A DNA stretch of 64,000 bases from a virus, in IMG/VR virus record IMGVR_UViG_3300047160_027173, positions 1-64,000 of that record, one strand, 5' to 3'. The notes under the pieces were generated by a model. That model was not told where the DNA came from. It saw nothing but the letters and a program-made list of their open reading frames with translations, and did not search any database. Below are positions 9,500-18,856 of this stretch, one piece after another (position 1 is the first letter of the stretch; each line of letters begins with the position of its first letter). The translations under genes were made by a program, and so were the position numbers.

Positions 9500-10068
9500 G
9501 CTACGTGCCCTACGTCATCGAGAACTCCGGCCGCGGAGAACGCGCCTACGACATCTACAGCCGCCTGCTGAAGGACCGCATCATCGTCCTCGGCACCCCC
9601 ATCGATGACGCCGTCGCCAACAGCGTCGTCGCCCAGCTCCTCTTCCTCCAGACTGAGGACAAGGAGAAGCCCATCAGCATGTACATCAACAGCCCCGGGG
9701 GCGTCATCACCGCCGGCATGGCCATCTACGACACCATGCACCACATCAAGCCCGAGGTTCACACGCTCTGCGTCGGCCAGGCCGCCAGCATGGGCGCCAT
9801 GCTCCTCATGGCCGGAACCCCGGGCAAGCGCTCCAGCCTGCCTCACTCCCGCATCATGATCCACCAGCCTCTCGGCGGTGCCTACGGTCAGGCCTCGGAC
9901 ATCGAGATTCAAGCCCGTGAAATGGCGAAGTTCAAGTCGATGATGATCGACATCGCCGTCAAGCACACAGGTAAGGACAGGGAGCAGGTTGCAAAAGATA
10001 TGGACCGCGACTATTACATGGGCGCCGAGGAGGCCCGCGACTACGGTCTCATCGACAAGGTTCTGTAG
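9496..10068 (+). CDS. clpP: ATP-dependent Clp protease proteolytic subunit (canonical)
   Basis: [53 protein letters not shown]. Confidence 0.96.
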   Translation: MSYVPYVIENSGRGERAYDIYSRLLKDRIIVLGTPIDDAVANSVVAQLLFLQTEDKEKPISMYINSPGGVITAGMAIYDTMHHIKPEVHTLCVGQAASMGAMLLMAGTPGKRSSLPHSRIMIHQPLGGAYGQASDIEIQAREMAKFKSMMIDIAVKHTGKDREQVAKDMDRDYYMGAEEARDYGLIDKVL

Positions 10069-10107
10069 TACCCACCCCGCAGTACCCACCCGATAGGAAG
10101 TGCAGCC

Positions 10108-11562
10108 ATGAAGAAGTTCCTCGCAGTGCTCGCAGTCGCAACGCTGGTCGCCTGTACGGGCCAGCCTCAGAAGGACGTCACTGGTCCCGAGGGCTCAACC
10201 GGCCCCGCGGGTCCGGCTGGCGTCGCCGGTCCTCAGGGCCCGGTCGGTGCTACCGGTGCCAATGGCGCCGACGGTGCCGTCGGTCCTCAGGGTTCCGCTG
10301 GTCTCCCGGGCGCAGTCGGCCCGATGGGTCCGGCAGGAGCCGTCGGTCTCACTGGTCCTCAGGGACCGCAAGGCCCCCAGGGCCCGATGGGTCCCATGGG
10401 CCCGGTCGGTCCTCAGGGTCCGGCTGGTGCTCAGGGTCCGCAAGGCCCGAAGGGCGACAAGGGAGACAAGGGCGATACCGGTGCTCAGGGCAATCCTGGC
10501 CTCGCCGGCAACAACGGCAAGGACGGCAACAGCTGGTCCGCGTCTCAGCCTGACGCTGCTGGCTGCGTGACCTGGTCTCTGGTCGACAGCTCCGGCGCTC
10601 CCGTGCTCGACAACCAGAATAACCCGATCACCCGCGTCATCTGCAACGGCAAGGACGGCGTCAACGGCAAGGATGGTGCTCAGGGTCCGCAAGGTCCTCA
10701 GGGCAACAACGGCAATGACGGCGCCCAGGGTCCGAAGGGTGACAAGGGCGACCAGGGCTTCCCTGGTAACCAGGGCATCCCCGGCCTCAACGGTCACGAC
10801 GGTCTGAACGGACAGGACGGCGCTCCCGGTCAGCAGGGGCCGAAGGGCAACGACGGCGCTCCTGGACAGACTGGCGCGAACGGCGCTCCTGGACAGGCTG
10901 GTAAGGACGGTGCCAACGGCAAGGACGGCTTCAGCTGGGTCGCTGGGGCTACCGTTGCTGGCTGCACGATCTACACCTTCGAAGACGAGAACGGCGTTCC
11001 CGTGCTCGACAATCAGGGCCAGCAGCAGCAGCGCACCGTCTGCGACGGTAAGGACGGCACCAACGGCAAGGACGGTGCTCCCGGCGCTCCTGGACCTCAG
11101 GGTCTGAAGGGCGACCAGGGCATCCCTGGCAACGACGGTCTCCCCGGCCACGATGGTGTGCAGGGTCCGATGGGCGCTCCTGGCGCTCCTGGACAGACTG
11201 GGCTCACCGGTCAGACCGGTGCTCCTGGTCAGAACGGTTCGAACGGCGCGCAGGGTCCCCAGGGGCCCAAGGGCGACACCGGCGCGACTGGCTCGTGCAA
11301 CGCTCGTAGCTCCCGGAACCCGGGCATGAACGGTGGCGGCACCCTGACCTTCCAGGTCAGCCAGGGCGGCATCTTCACCGTGTGGGCGACCCAGAAGTCG
11401 GGGCAGTCGGGTACGGTCGTCGTGACCGGCTCCGTCAGCGGCGTGCTCCCGATCACTCTCGGACTTCCGTTCACCGACGCCAACGCGGAGACCATCACGA
11501 TCTCCATCACCGGCGGCAACAGCGGCACGTCCTACGACGTGGCGTACCTCAGCATCCAGTAA
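10108..11562 (+). CDS. Collagen-like lipoprotein
   Basis: Lipobox LVAC; three Gly-X-Y tracts separated by two Cys-bounded modules; small beta-rich C-terminal domain. Confidence 0.88.
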   Translation: MKKFLAVLAVATLVACTGQPQKDVTGPEGSTGPAGPAGVAGPQGPVGATGANGADGAVGPQGSAGLPGAVGPMGPAGAVGLTGPQGPQGPQGPMGPMGPVGPQGPAGAQGPQGPKGDKGDKGDTGAQGNPGLAGNNGKDGNSWSASQPDAAGCVTWSLVDSSGAPVLDNQNNPITRVICNGKDGVNGKDGAQGPQGPQGNNGNDGAQGPKGDKGDQGFPGNQGIPGLNGHDGLNGQDGAPGQQGPKGNDGAPGQTGANGAPGQAGKDGANGKDGFSWVAGATVAGCTIYTFEDENGVPVLDNQGQQQQRTVCDGKDGTNGKDGAPGAPGPQGLKGDQGIPGNDGLPGHDGVQGPMGAPGAPGQTGLTGQTGAPGQNGSNGAQGPQGPKGDTGATGSCNARSSRNPGMNGGGTLTFQVSQGGIFTVWATQKSGQSGTVVVTGSVSGVLPITLGLPFTDANAETITISITGGNSGTSYDVAYLSIQ

Positions 11563-11639
11563 GCAGTCTCAAGCGCGGGAGCGAATCCACTGCCGTCGAG
11601 TCGGCACCGCGCTTCTCCGAAGTTCAACCAGAGGAAACC

Positions 11640-12608
11640 ATGAAGACCCTGCTCGCAGTGCTCGCCGTTCTCGTAGCCTCCCCCGCCGTCGCCGGTGAGT
11701 TCTCCACCAGCGTCTATTTCGACACGGCCAAGTCGTCGATCAGCGCCGAAGCCGCCAAGACCCTGGAGCTGGTCGCCGACAAGGCCAAGGGCGAGTTCGT
11801 CGTCCGCGTCGACGCCGTCGGCAGCAGCGATGCCCGGAAGTTCAACACCAACCTCAAGCTGGCCCAGACCCGCGCGGACGCCGTCAAGAAGGCCCTCGTC
11901 GTCCTCGGCGTCAAGGCCGAGCTGATCGTGACCTCCGCGGTCGGCGACGCCAAGGCCGTCAAGACCAAGGACCTGGCCGCCCTCGCCAAGGACCGCCGCG
12001 TGGACATCACCGTCATCAGCAAGGACCCCGTGGCCCACGCTCACTGCATCATCGCTGAGACCCGGGAAGTCGTCGTTGAGAAGACCGTCGTCGTCGAGAA
12101 GGTCGTCGAGGTCGAGAAGGCTTCCCCCTGGGAGATCATGGCCTTCGGCGAGTTCGGCGTCCACAAGAACAGCCACGGCTACCCGAGCCCGACCGACAGC
12201 CGCCTCCACGGCAAGTTCAACAACTGGGGCAGCTGGCAGTTCGGCACCGAGTTCCACTACAAGCCCGTCTACCTCGGCCTGCGCACCTTCGCCGGCAACA
12301 ACGGCGTCGGCGCCATCGCCCAGGTCTTCCCCGTGCAGGGCCGCCTGAACTGGTACATCGGCCCCGGCATCAGCTACACCGCCTACCCCTTCTACGCTCC
12401 GGTCGTCCCCGAGGTCGCCCGCTTCTGGGACCTGCAGCTCTGGACCGGCCTCGAATACGCCTTCACCCCGCACCTGATTGGCCTCGCCGATCTCCGCGCC
12501 AGCCTCCCGCTCCCCGAGAGCAAGGGCACTGGCCCGCTGACTGGCAAGAACGTCCGCGACAGCCTGTCGCAGACCGCGGCCTTCCTGGGCATCGGGTACC
12601 GCTTCTAG
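11640..12608 (+). CDS. OmpA-family protein (N-terminal peptidoglycan-binding domain plus C-terminal beta-barrel)
   Basis: Signal peptide; VYFD...NLKLAQTRADAVKKAL...DRRVDI; C-terminus FLGIGYRF; start at ATG 11640 after GAGG. Confidence 0.8.
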   Translation: MKTLLAVLAVLVASPAVAGEFSTSVYFDTAKSSISAEAAKTLELVADKAKGEFVVRVDAVGSSDARKFNTNLKLAQTRADAVKKALVVLGVKAELIVTSAVGDAKAVKTKDLAALAKDRRVDITVISKDPVAHAHCIIAETREVVVEKTVVVEKVVEVEKASPWEIMAFGEFGVHKNSHGYPSPTDSRLHGKFNNWGSWQFGTEFHYKPVYLGLRTFAGNNGVGAIAQVFPVQGRLNWYIGPGISYTAYPFYAPVVPEVARFWDLQLWTGLEYAFTPHLIGLADLRASLPLPESKGTGPLTGKNVRDSLSQTAAFLGIGYRF

Positions 12609-12665
12609 AGCATTCCGCCGACCAGGGCCCCGGGACGGGCCGAAGTCCCCGAGGAATGGGAGTTC

Positions 12666-12701
12666 CCCCGCGCAGACGGCCTCTACGCGGGGTTTTTCTT
12701 T
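12666..12701 (+). terminator. Rho-independent terminator
   Basis: CCCCGCG...CGCGGGG stem followed by TTTTTCTTT. Confidence 0.8.
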
Positions 12702-12722
12702 GTCCCGGAGGTTATCTAGACC

Positions 12723-12995
12723 TTGATGCGCAACCGCGGTGCCCAGCTCCGTCTGAAGACGATCCTCGACAGGAAGCGGGTTGACTACGACTGGATCAGC
12801 GAAGAGGATCCACCCTTCTTCTGTCTGAACTGTGCTCTCGGCGACGGTCCCTACGCCTACCTGACGTTCATGGACGGCAATCGAATCGAGTTCTGGTTCA
12901 GTGATGACGGCCGCGCCGTCTTCAACCTGGACAGGGACGAGGACGTGGCCTTCGGCAGGTTCCTGCGCGAGACCCTCAAGTACCTCAGCTACTAG
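12723..12995 (+). CDS. Hypothetical protein
   Basis: 90 aa ORF with typical codon usage. Confidence 0.6.
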   Translation: MMRNRGAQLRLKTILDRKRVDYDWISEEDPPFFCLNCALGDGPYAYLTFMDGNRIEFWFSDDGRAVFNLDRDEDVAFGRFLRETLKYLSY

Positions 12996-13321
12996 TAGCC
13001 GTCGAAGCCGACGGCGATGTTGCTGATCTGCGACGGGAACTGGTTCAGCGTCGAGCCCGTCAGGTAGGCGCTGACGTCGCTGCCGCCGTAGTTCGGCTGG
13101 GGCAGGATGTCGCCGTTGCCGGCGAGGACGACGAAGCGCACCTGGACGGTGGTCGCCGTCACGGCCAGGATCAGGCAGAGCTGGTTCCCGGTGCCGTCGG
13201 GCTTCTGCAGCCAGGCGTGAGCGCCCAGGACGAAGTTCGAGGCATCGGCGAAGGTCAGCGTGCTGCCGGTGCCGTTGGCGGTGGTGGTCTGGAGGTTAGC
13301 GAAGGCTTCCGTGGCTGCCAT
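12992..13321 (-). CDS. Stand-alone fibre anchor-domain protein
   Basis: Whole protein resembles the N-termini of 13338-15095 and 15101-17455. Confidence 0.7.
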   Translation of the reverse strand: MAATEAFANLQTTTANGTGSTLTFADASNFVLGAHAWLQKPDGTGNQLCLILAVTATTVQVRFVVLAGNGDILPQPNYGGSDVSAYLTGSTLNQFPSQISNIAVGFDGY

Positions 13322-13327
13322 GGTGTC

Positions 13328-13335
13328 CTAGATTG
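13328..13335 (-). promoter_or_regulatory. Candidate late promoter CAATCTAG
   Basis: Motif recurs before many structural genes. Confidence 0.6.
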
Positions 13336-13337
13336 CG

Positions 13338-15095
13338 CTAGCTGTTGTCGACGAAGATGGCCCGCACATAGCCGTTGAGATAGCCGTAGACCCAGCCGCC
13401 CAAGGTCAGCGTCGACTTCTGCGTGCTGATGAGGCCGCCGGTAGCTGTGCCCTTCGAGACGCCGTTGATGAAGAACTCCATGGCCCCGGCGTTGTTCGTG
13501 CCGAGGAGGGCAGTCCAGGTGTTGTCCGGGATCGTGTCGGCCGGAGTGATGTTGAACGTTCCGCCGACAGAGTCGAAGGCTACGTCGATGGCCGTGGACG
13601 GAGTGCCACCCACCTGCTGGGCGTAGAGATCCCAGTCGAAGGGGCCGCCGTAGCCGCCGGTGCCCAAGAAGAGGGGGTTTTCACCAAGCGACGAAGTCTG
13701 AGACGAGGGCCAGTTGACGCTGACTCCGGCCCTCCAGGCGACGGGGTTGCTTGGGTCCAAAGGATTCGGTACCGTAACCACGTCCGCATCGCGAGTGACG
13801 GCCAGGCCCAGAGTTGGGATGTAACTTGTGAGGAACGGGCGATCTTCGTTCTGACAGAAGGCGATGAGGACGGTGTCGCCACCGGCGCTGCTCCAGGTGT
13901 TGTCTCCGAGAGCCTGTTGAGCCGTGTTCCCGAAGACGGGAATACAGTAGTTGCCATCGCCGATGATGGAGAAACGGAACCAGCCGTTGCCGAGAGCCTC
14001 AGACATGGGACTGGGGGTGTTGTAAGTTCCAGCGAGCGAGCCGTCCGTCAGATCCCACGCCGCCTGATTAGTTGAGGTGTGCGCTCCGCCCGAGTACAGG
14101 CCGATGTATCGGGCTGCGCCCGTGCCCAGCTTGGCGTAAATGCTCAGGCGCCGGTTGAGGGAACTGGACGCCTGGAACAGACGATGTGACTGGAGGCCTC
14201 CCGTGGCCATTGTTACGGTCCAGCCGGTGTTGGCCAGGCCGTCTGGTCCGACGACGTTCTGGGCGACTGTCACACCGTTCAGGGTCCAGACAGAGCCGTT
14301 GCTGAAGTCGTTGCTGTAGAGGACGTTGTTCGTGGTACTGCCCTCGACCAAAATCCCCGGGCTTTCGACGCGGATATGGCCAGCAGGAATCAAGGTCAGG
14401 CCTCCGGCAACGTTCCTGCAGTAGGCGGCGGCGGCACGGCTGCAGCTGACGACGGTGACGCCGTCATCGGCAAGCAGGCTGCCGGCGGCGATCTGTGCTG
14501 TCGTCGGGGGCCGGGCCAGGATGGAGAGCTGGGGAAGGCGGGTGACAGCCGCGTAGGCCTTGATCCAGGGGTAGGTCGAGGACTGGGCGACGACGATGTC
14601 CGTGCCCATGACGCCGGGCGTGTAGACGCCACCGCTGGTGATGCTGCCCAGGGCAGTCCCGAGCAGACTCCAGACGACGGTGTCCGTGAAGCCGTTGACG
14701 GTGGCCTTGAAGGTGACGTTCGTACCCTTCGTGGTCGCCGAGCCCGGGCTGATGGTGATGCTGGCACCGACGCTGCGACCGCCATCGGCCTGGGGCGAGA
14801 CCCAGTTGCTGAGGCCCGGGGCTTCCTGGTCCAGGCTGCTGCCGACGCCGTAAGCGCTCAGGTCCGTGCGACCGTAGTTCTCCGGCAGGGAGCTGGTGAA
14901 GACCAGGCCCACGCGCCGGTTGAGGAGGTCGACGACGGTGATGAAGCACTCCTGGGGGTTGGCGTTGCTGCTGTCACGCAGCCAGGCCCTGGCGCCCTTG
15001 ATGAAGCCCGTGGGATCGGCGAAGCCCAGGTAGCCGCCGGTGGTTCCGGCGACGTTCGCGTACTGCAGGTTGGGCTTGGTCTGGGTAGCGGACAT
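13338..15095 (-). CDS. Virion fibre protein (anchor, Ig-like, head-spike-fibre-like and LamG-like domains)
   Basis: Likely start MSATQTK at 15095; SRAAAAY...ILVEGSTTN and TSYIPT...TRDAD motifs; C-terminal FFING...LTLG...GYVR. Confidence 0.75.
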   Translation of the reverse strand: MSATQTKPNLQYANVAGTTGGYLGFADPTGFIKGARAWLRDSSNANPQECFITVVDLLNRRVGLVFTSSLPENYGRTDLSAYGVGSSLDQEAPGLSNWVSPQADGGRSVGASITISPGSATTKGTNVTFKATVNGFTDTVVWSLLGTALGSITSGGVYTPGVMGTDIVVAQSSTYPWIKAYAAVTRLPQLSILARPPTTAQIAAGSLLADDGVTVVSCSRAAAAYCRNVAGGLTLIPAGHIRVESPGILVEGSTTNNVLYSNDFSNGSVWTLNGVTVAQNVVGPDGLANTGWTVTMATGGLQSHRLFQASSSLNRRLSIYAKLGTGAARYIGLYSGGAHTSTNQAAWDLTDGSLAGTYNTPSPMSEALGNGWFRFSIIGDGNYCIPVFGNTAQQALGDNTWSSAGGDTVLIAFCQNEDRPFLTSYIPTLGLAVTRDADVVTVPNPLDPSNPVAWRAGVSVNWPSSQTSSLGENPLFLGTGGYGGPFDWDLYAQQVGGTPSTAIDVAFDSVGGTFNITPADTIPDNTWTALLGTNNAGAMEFFINGVSKGTATGGLISTQKSTLTLGGWVYGYLNGYVRAIFVDNS

Positions 15096-15100
15096 AGGTC

Positions 15101-17455
15101 TTAGGTAGCGGCGAAGGGTCCAGCGAAGATGGTCTCGGTACCAGCAGCGCTCCACTGCGTGACGGGCACGGCGTGGAGAGCGGTGTCGGCGTAGGTGACT
15201 TCCATGAAGGAGTTCATGCCCCAGCCGGTGCTGTAGAAGGTGTCGCACCAGTACCAGCCGCCGCCGAGGCTGTGGACGGTGCCGACGGCGCCCACCGCAG
15301 AGGCCACGGTGCCCGAGCTGAGGTCGAAGACCACGTAGACGCTGGGCAATGCCTGGCTCCAGAAGCTGACGAAGTGAACGGTGCCAGCCTTGAAGGCGGC
15401 TCCGACGTGGGTAGCGGTGGCGGTGAGGCCGTTCGACCAAACCGCGTGGTAGTCGTTGACGGCGCTGGCGGTGACGGTGTTGGCGCTGTTCGAGGCACCG
15501 GTGTAGTCGGCGACGTTCAGGGCGACGGTGGTGTTTTGCTTGATGAACCAGCTCGACATGTTCGTCACGTCGCTGGAGTTGAGGTAGAGGTTCGTGGGCG
15601 GCGTGAACGACGGGTTCACGGTAAACGTGACGGGGATTGCCAGGCCCGAGTTGAAGGCGTTCGAGCAGTTCAAGAGGACATTGGCCGTGTACGTGGCCGC
15701 CGTCAGAGCGCCTGTAGCCGGGCTGACGTGGACGGTCTGGCTGTTGCCGGACCCGGTCACAGTAGCCGTGAGCCAACCGCTGCCGCTACCGTAGGTGATG
15801 GTCGGCGCGATTGCCGCCAGAGTACCGCTGCCGACGTTGGTGACGGCGGAGGTCTGAGCGGCGGGGTCGCTGCCGCCAGCGGTGGCGGTGAAGCTCAATG
15901 AAGCCGGAGTCCTCTCCATGGCCGCGGGGAGGTTAATGTCAACGACGATGTCCGTCAGCCAACCCCAGAGAGGCCTGCTGCCGTCGCTGTAGTTACCGAT
16001 GTAGACCGTGGAGGGCTGCGGGTTCAGGTTGCGGGTGCCGCCACCGATGCCGCCGCCAAACTGGCTGTCATCACCGTCGACGAAGCCGTTGTTGATACCG
16101 CCCGAGTAGACGTTGGTCTGTTCGAAGGTGTGGGGGGCGCTGTCGTTGGCGAAGAGGTTGTCGCCGGTCTGACGGTAGCCGATGGTAGAGGTGCTGTCGA
16201 AGATGACGACGAAGACCTGTTCAACGTTGTACGGGTAGATGGTGGCGTTGTTTGGGCCTCCGCTGGGGCCCAAGGAGACGGTCGCGCGCTCGTTGGTGGC
16301 GGTATCAGCCCACTTACCCTCTGGCGTACACGTGGCGCGCATCAGCCAGGTTGGGACGGGCTGCGTGAGGCCTGCGAGGGGATTGGCGACGCTGACTACT
16401 TCGGCCGCACGAGTGAAGGGGGTGTTGGAGTCGTCTGTGCGGACCAGGCTGGACGGGAACGCGCCAATTTCACTTTGGAATCCCCAGAGGTAGGCCGTAC
16501 AGCCGGGGATACCGGGCGTATTGCCGTCGGCGGTCCGGGTATCGGCGCCGATGATCCAGTAACCGGACCCAACCACGCGGTGAAGAATGAAGCGCTGCCA
16601 GGTCGTGGTCAGGTTCATGGGCACGTTGAGGCCGTTGTCGTTTTCCGCGAAGTAGATGGTCGCCGTTCCCGAGGCCACGCGACCGTAGATGCTGCCCACG
16701 TTACCGGTGACGTTTTCCGAGATGAAGGCGTAGCTGCTGCCGTCATCGGCCACAGGTCCGAAGACAACCTTCGAGGCCTCGTTGCCACCGGCAGGATCGA
16801 GGACGTCGGTGCTGTTCAAGCTGAGGCCGGTGATATTGCCGAAGACCTGCCAGCCGTGGGCGGTGTTGCCGACTGCACAGGAGTTGGGGCCGTAGTTGGT
16901 CCGGGCACCCTCGACCAGAAGGCCCGCGGGGTGGCCGTAGCCAGCGGCCTCGACTCGGGCCGTATCGTTCCCGAGCAGGTGCAGGAGCCCGTCCGAACCC
17001 AGCGCATAGCCGCCGCTGGCCCTGCTCACGCCGACGACCTGACCGGTGTTGGCGACCAGGGCCCCGCTGGCGGTTTTGAAGGCCGGGGCCTGCGGGCGCG
17101 TACTCAGCACTTCGAGCTGGAAAGGACTGACATAGACGGGGATTCCGCCGGGGCTGGCTCCGGCTCCGCGCGGCGTCTCCTGGCCGGCATACTGGTCCAG
17201 GGTCGAGCCAGCCGGATACGAGCTGACGTCGGTGCGGCCGTAGTTGTAGGGCAGAGACTTGACGAAGGCCACGCCGACGACGGTGGCGCTGACGGCGGTG
17301 ATCTCGACTTCCTGGGGATTGTTGCCGACGTCATCCCGGAGCCAGGCCCGGGCTCCGACGGCGAAACCCAGGGCGTTGCCGAAAGTCAAGTATCCGGTCG
17401 TACTGCCGGGAGCGATGGTCGTCTGGAGGTTGGCGGGGCAGAACTTCGCGGACAT
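15101..17455 (-). CDS. Virion fibre protein (anchor, head-spike-fibre-like, LamG-like, BACON-like and carbohydrate-binding domains)
   Basis: Same anchor and LLVEGARTN motifs; PASLSFTATAGG...GWLTATV BACON-like segment. Confidence 0.75.
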   Translation of the reverse strand: MSAKFCPANLQTTIAPGSTTGYLTFGNALGFAVGARAWLRDDVGNNPQEVEITAVSATVVGVAFVKSLPYNYGRTDVSSYPAGSTLDQYAGQETPRGAGASPGGIPVYVSPFQLEVLSTRPQAPAFKTASGALVANTGQVVGVSRASGGYALGSDGLLHLLGNDTARVEAAGYGHPAGLLVEGARTNYGPNSCAVGNTAHGWQVFGNITGLSLNSTDVLDPAGGNEASKVVFGPVADDGSSYAFISENVTGNVGSIYGRVASGTATIYFAENDNGLNVPMNLTTTWQRFILHRVVGSGYWIIGADTRTADGNTPGIPGCTAYLWGFQSEIGAFPSSLVRTDDSNTPFTRAAEVVSVANPLAGLTQPVPTWLMRATCTPEGKWADTATNERATVSLGPSGGPNNATIYPYNVEQVFVVIFDSTSTIGYRQTGDNLFANDSAPHTFEQTNVYSGGINNGFVDGDDSQFGGGIGGGTRNLNPQPSTVYIGNYSDGSRPLWGWLTDIVVDINLPAAMERTPASLSFTATAGGSDPAAQTSAVTNVGSGTLAAIAPTITYGSGSGWLTATVTGSGNSQTVHVSPATGALTAATYTANVLLNCSNAFNSGLAIPVTFTVNPSFTPPTNLYLNSSDVTNMSSWFIKQNTTVALNVADYTGASNSANTVTASAVNDYHAVWSNGLTATATHVGAAFKAGTVHFVSFWSQALPSVYVVFDLSSGTVASAVGAVGTVHSLGGGWYWCDTFYSTGWGMNSFMEVTYADTALHAVPVTQWSAAGTETIFAGPFAAT

Positions 17456-17468
17456 GGGGATCGAGAGC

Positions 17469-17476
17469 CTAGATTG
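17469..17476 (-). promoter_or_regulatory. Candidate late promoter CAATCTAG
   Basis: At the divergent head of the 12992-17455 block. Confidence 0.65.
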
Positions 17477-17481
17477 CCCCG

Positions 17482-17510
17482 TTGACAGCGGCCTCGGTGG
17501 TCGCTAAGGT
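17482..17510 (+). promoter_or_regulatory. Sigma70-like promoter
   Basis: TTGACA-N17-TAAGGT before ATG 17520. Confidence 0.65.
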
Positions 17511-17519
17511 GTCTCTGCC

Positions 17520-17705
17520 ATGAGCTTGAACGCCGACCGTTTCCGGGACCGGAAGCTCCGCTGCAGCTGTGGCCGTCCAGCGCTGGCTGCCGTCAAGGGC
17601 CGGGAGCCCCGTGCCCTACCTCATCACACACTCTGCCTGGCCTGCTGGCGGGATCTTCGCAACAGCACCCGCAGACACCGCTTGACAAGGCGCCGCCGGC
17701 CGTGA
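17520..17705 (+). CDS. Small basic zinc-finger protein
   Basis: CSCG...LCLACW, Arg-rich. Confidence 0.5.
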   Translation: MSLNADRFRDRKLRCSCGRPALAAVKGREPRALPHHTLCLACWRDLRNSTRRHRLTRRRRP

Positions 17706-17713
17706 GATAGTCT
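17682..17713 (+). promoter_or_regulatory. Sigma70-like promoter
   Basis: TTGACA followed by GATAGT/TAGTCT just before ATG 17718. Confidence 0.55.
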
Positions 17714-17717
17714 CTCC

Positions 17718-18104
17718 ATGGCCCCCAAAATCGGTCTCAACATCCGCAGCGACGTTTTCACCGTCCCCCACCCGGAGGATAGCTCGCCCCAGGACCACCT
17801 GGCGTTCTACGTCATCGCCATCCTGGAGAACGGCGACACCTTCATGCACGAGAAGTCCTTCACGACCATCGAGTTCAGGGTCGACGAGGCCGAGGCCAAG
17901 GCGCTGGCACTGATGACCCGCATCGGGGCGGCGCTGGAGGGCGGCAGCTGGGCCGGTCCCTTCAACGGTCACTGGTGCTCCACCTACCCCCAGTACGGGT
18001 CCCGGGCGTACGAGCAGGCCGACCGCGACGGCGACAACCTCCTCTGGGAGCGCGAGCGCGACGCCGAGGGCGAGTCCCTGGCGGCGTACTACACCCGGGA
18101 GTAG
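17718..18104 (+). CDS. Hypothetical protein
   Basis: 128 aa, W...YP.YGS.AY motif, typical codon usage. Confidence 0.7.
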   Translation: MAPKIGLNIRSDVFTVPHPEDSSPQDHLAFYVIAILENGDTFMHEKSFTTIEFRVDEAEAKALALMTRIGAALEGGSWAGPFNGHWCSTYPQYGSRAYEQADRDGDNLLWERERDAEGESLAAYYTRE

Positions 18105-18152
18105 TTTCTGACCCATTTGCTTTCCAACCCGAACCGTGAGAAGCTGCCTCCC

Positions 18153-18518
18153 ATGAACGACTCCTTCGACAACAGCAAGACCGACCGCGAGATGCTCCTC
18201 CGCCTCCTGGGCGACGGCGTCCGCATGAATCAGACCGCGCAGGACGCCCGCGAGCGCCTCCTCGACGCCAAGATGGGTTCGGTGGCGAACGCCAGCGACG
18301 ACTTCCTGATGGCGCTGGAGGCCAACCTCCTCGGCTGGATCGACGAGATTCAGCGCGAGGTGGCCCGCCGCGAGGAGAAGGACAACCGCGAGGCCGAGGC
18401 GGACTTCGACTCCACCCTGGACGACGCCGAGACCTGGGAGCGCAATCAGGTCGCCATGGACCGCGAGGGCGACGACATGTACATGCCGGACGAGCAAGAC
18501 CTCAACGAGGAGGGCTGA
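18153..18518 (+). CDS. Acidic hypothetical protein
   Basis: Start moved to ATG 18153; D/E-rich. Confidence 0.65.
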   Translation: MNDSFDNSKTDREMLLRLLGDGVRMNQTAQDARERLLDAKMGSVANASDDFLMALEANLLGWIDEIQREVARREEKDNREAEADFDSTLDDAETWERNQVAMDREGDDMYMPDEQDLNEEG

Positions 18519-18520
18519 AC

Positions 18521-18856
18521 ATGGGCTGGGACGTCAACTACCGCTGGACGAAGAAGGCCGACGTCGTCGCCGACCTGCTCGGTCAGTACTCGACCAACCC
18601 GAGCCTGGAGGTGCTGGCGTTCAAGAGCACCAGCTCCGGCCTCTGGACCGTCATCCGCAACCAGAACACCGGCTCGCGGGCCATCTACTTCGACCTTATC
18701 GAGAGGCGCGGCAAGCAGTTTGCCGTCAAGGGCATGGACGAGGCCATGGGCCCGTACTACTACGACTGCCCGGCCAAGTTCTTCACCATGGTTCCCGTCG
18801 GCAATCCCGCCTACCGGGCTCGCTGGGCCGAGGCCCACGGAGTGAAGCTGTCATGA
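18521..18856 (+). CDS. DUF6927-like protein
   Basis: MGW start and KGMDEAMGPYYYDCP motif. Confidence 0.65.
   Translation: MGWDVNYRWTKKADVVADLLGQYSTNPSLEVLAFKSTSSGLWTVIRNQNTGSRAIYFDLIERRGKQFAVKGMDEAMGPYYYDCPAKFFTMVPVGNPAYRARWAEAHGVKLS

Noticed and set aside
12609-12665. HDV-like ribozyme (CATTCCG...GAATGGGA resemblance)
   Set aside because: Could not build the nested double pseudoknot by eye; kept only as a generic hairpin
13338-15776. 812-aa version of the fibre ORF
   Set aside because: The upstream part overlaps 15101-17455 in another frame; paralogy places the start at 15095
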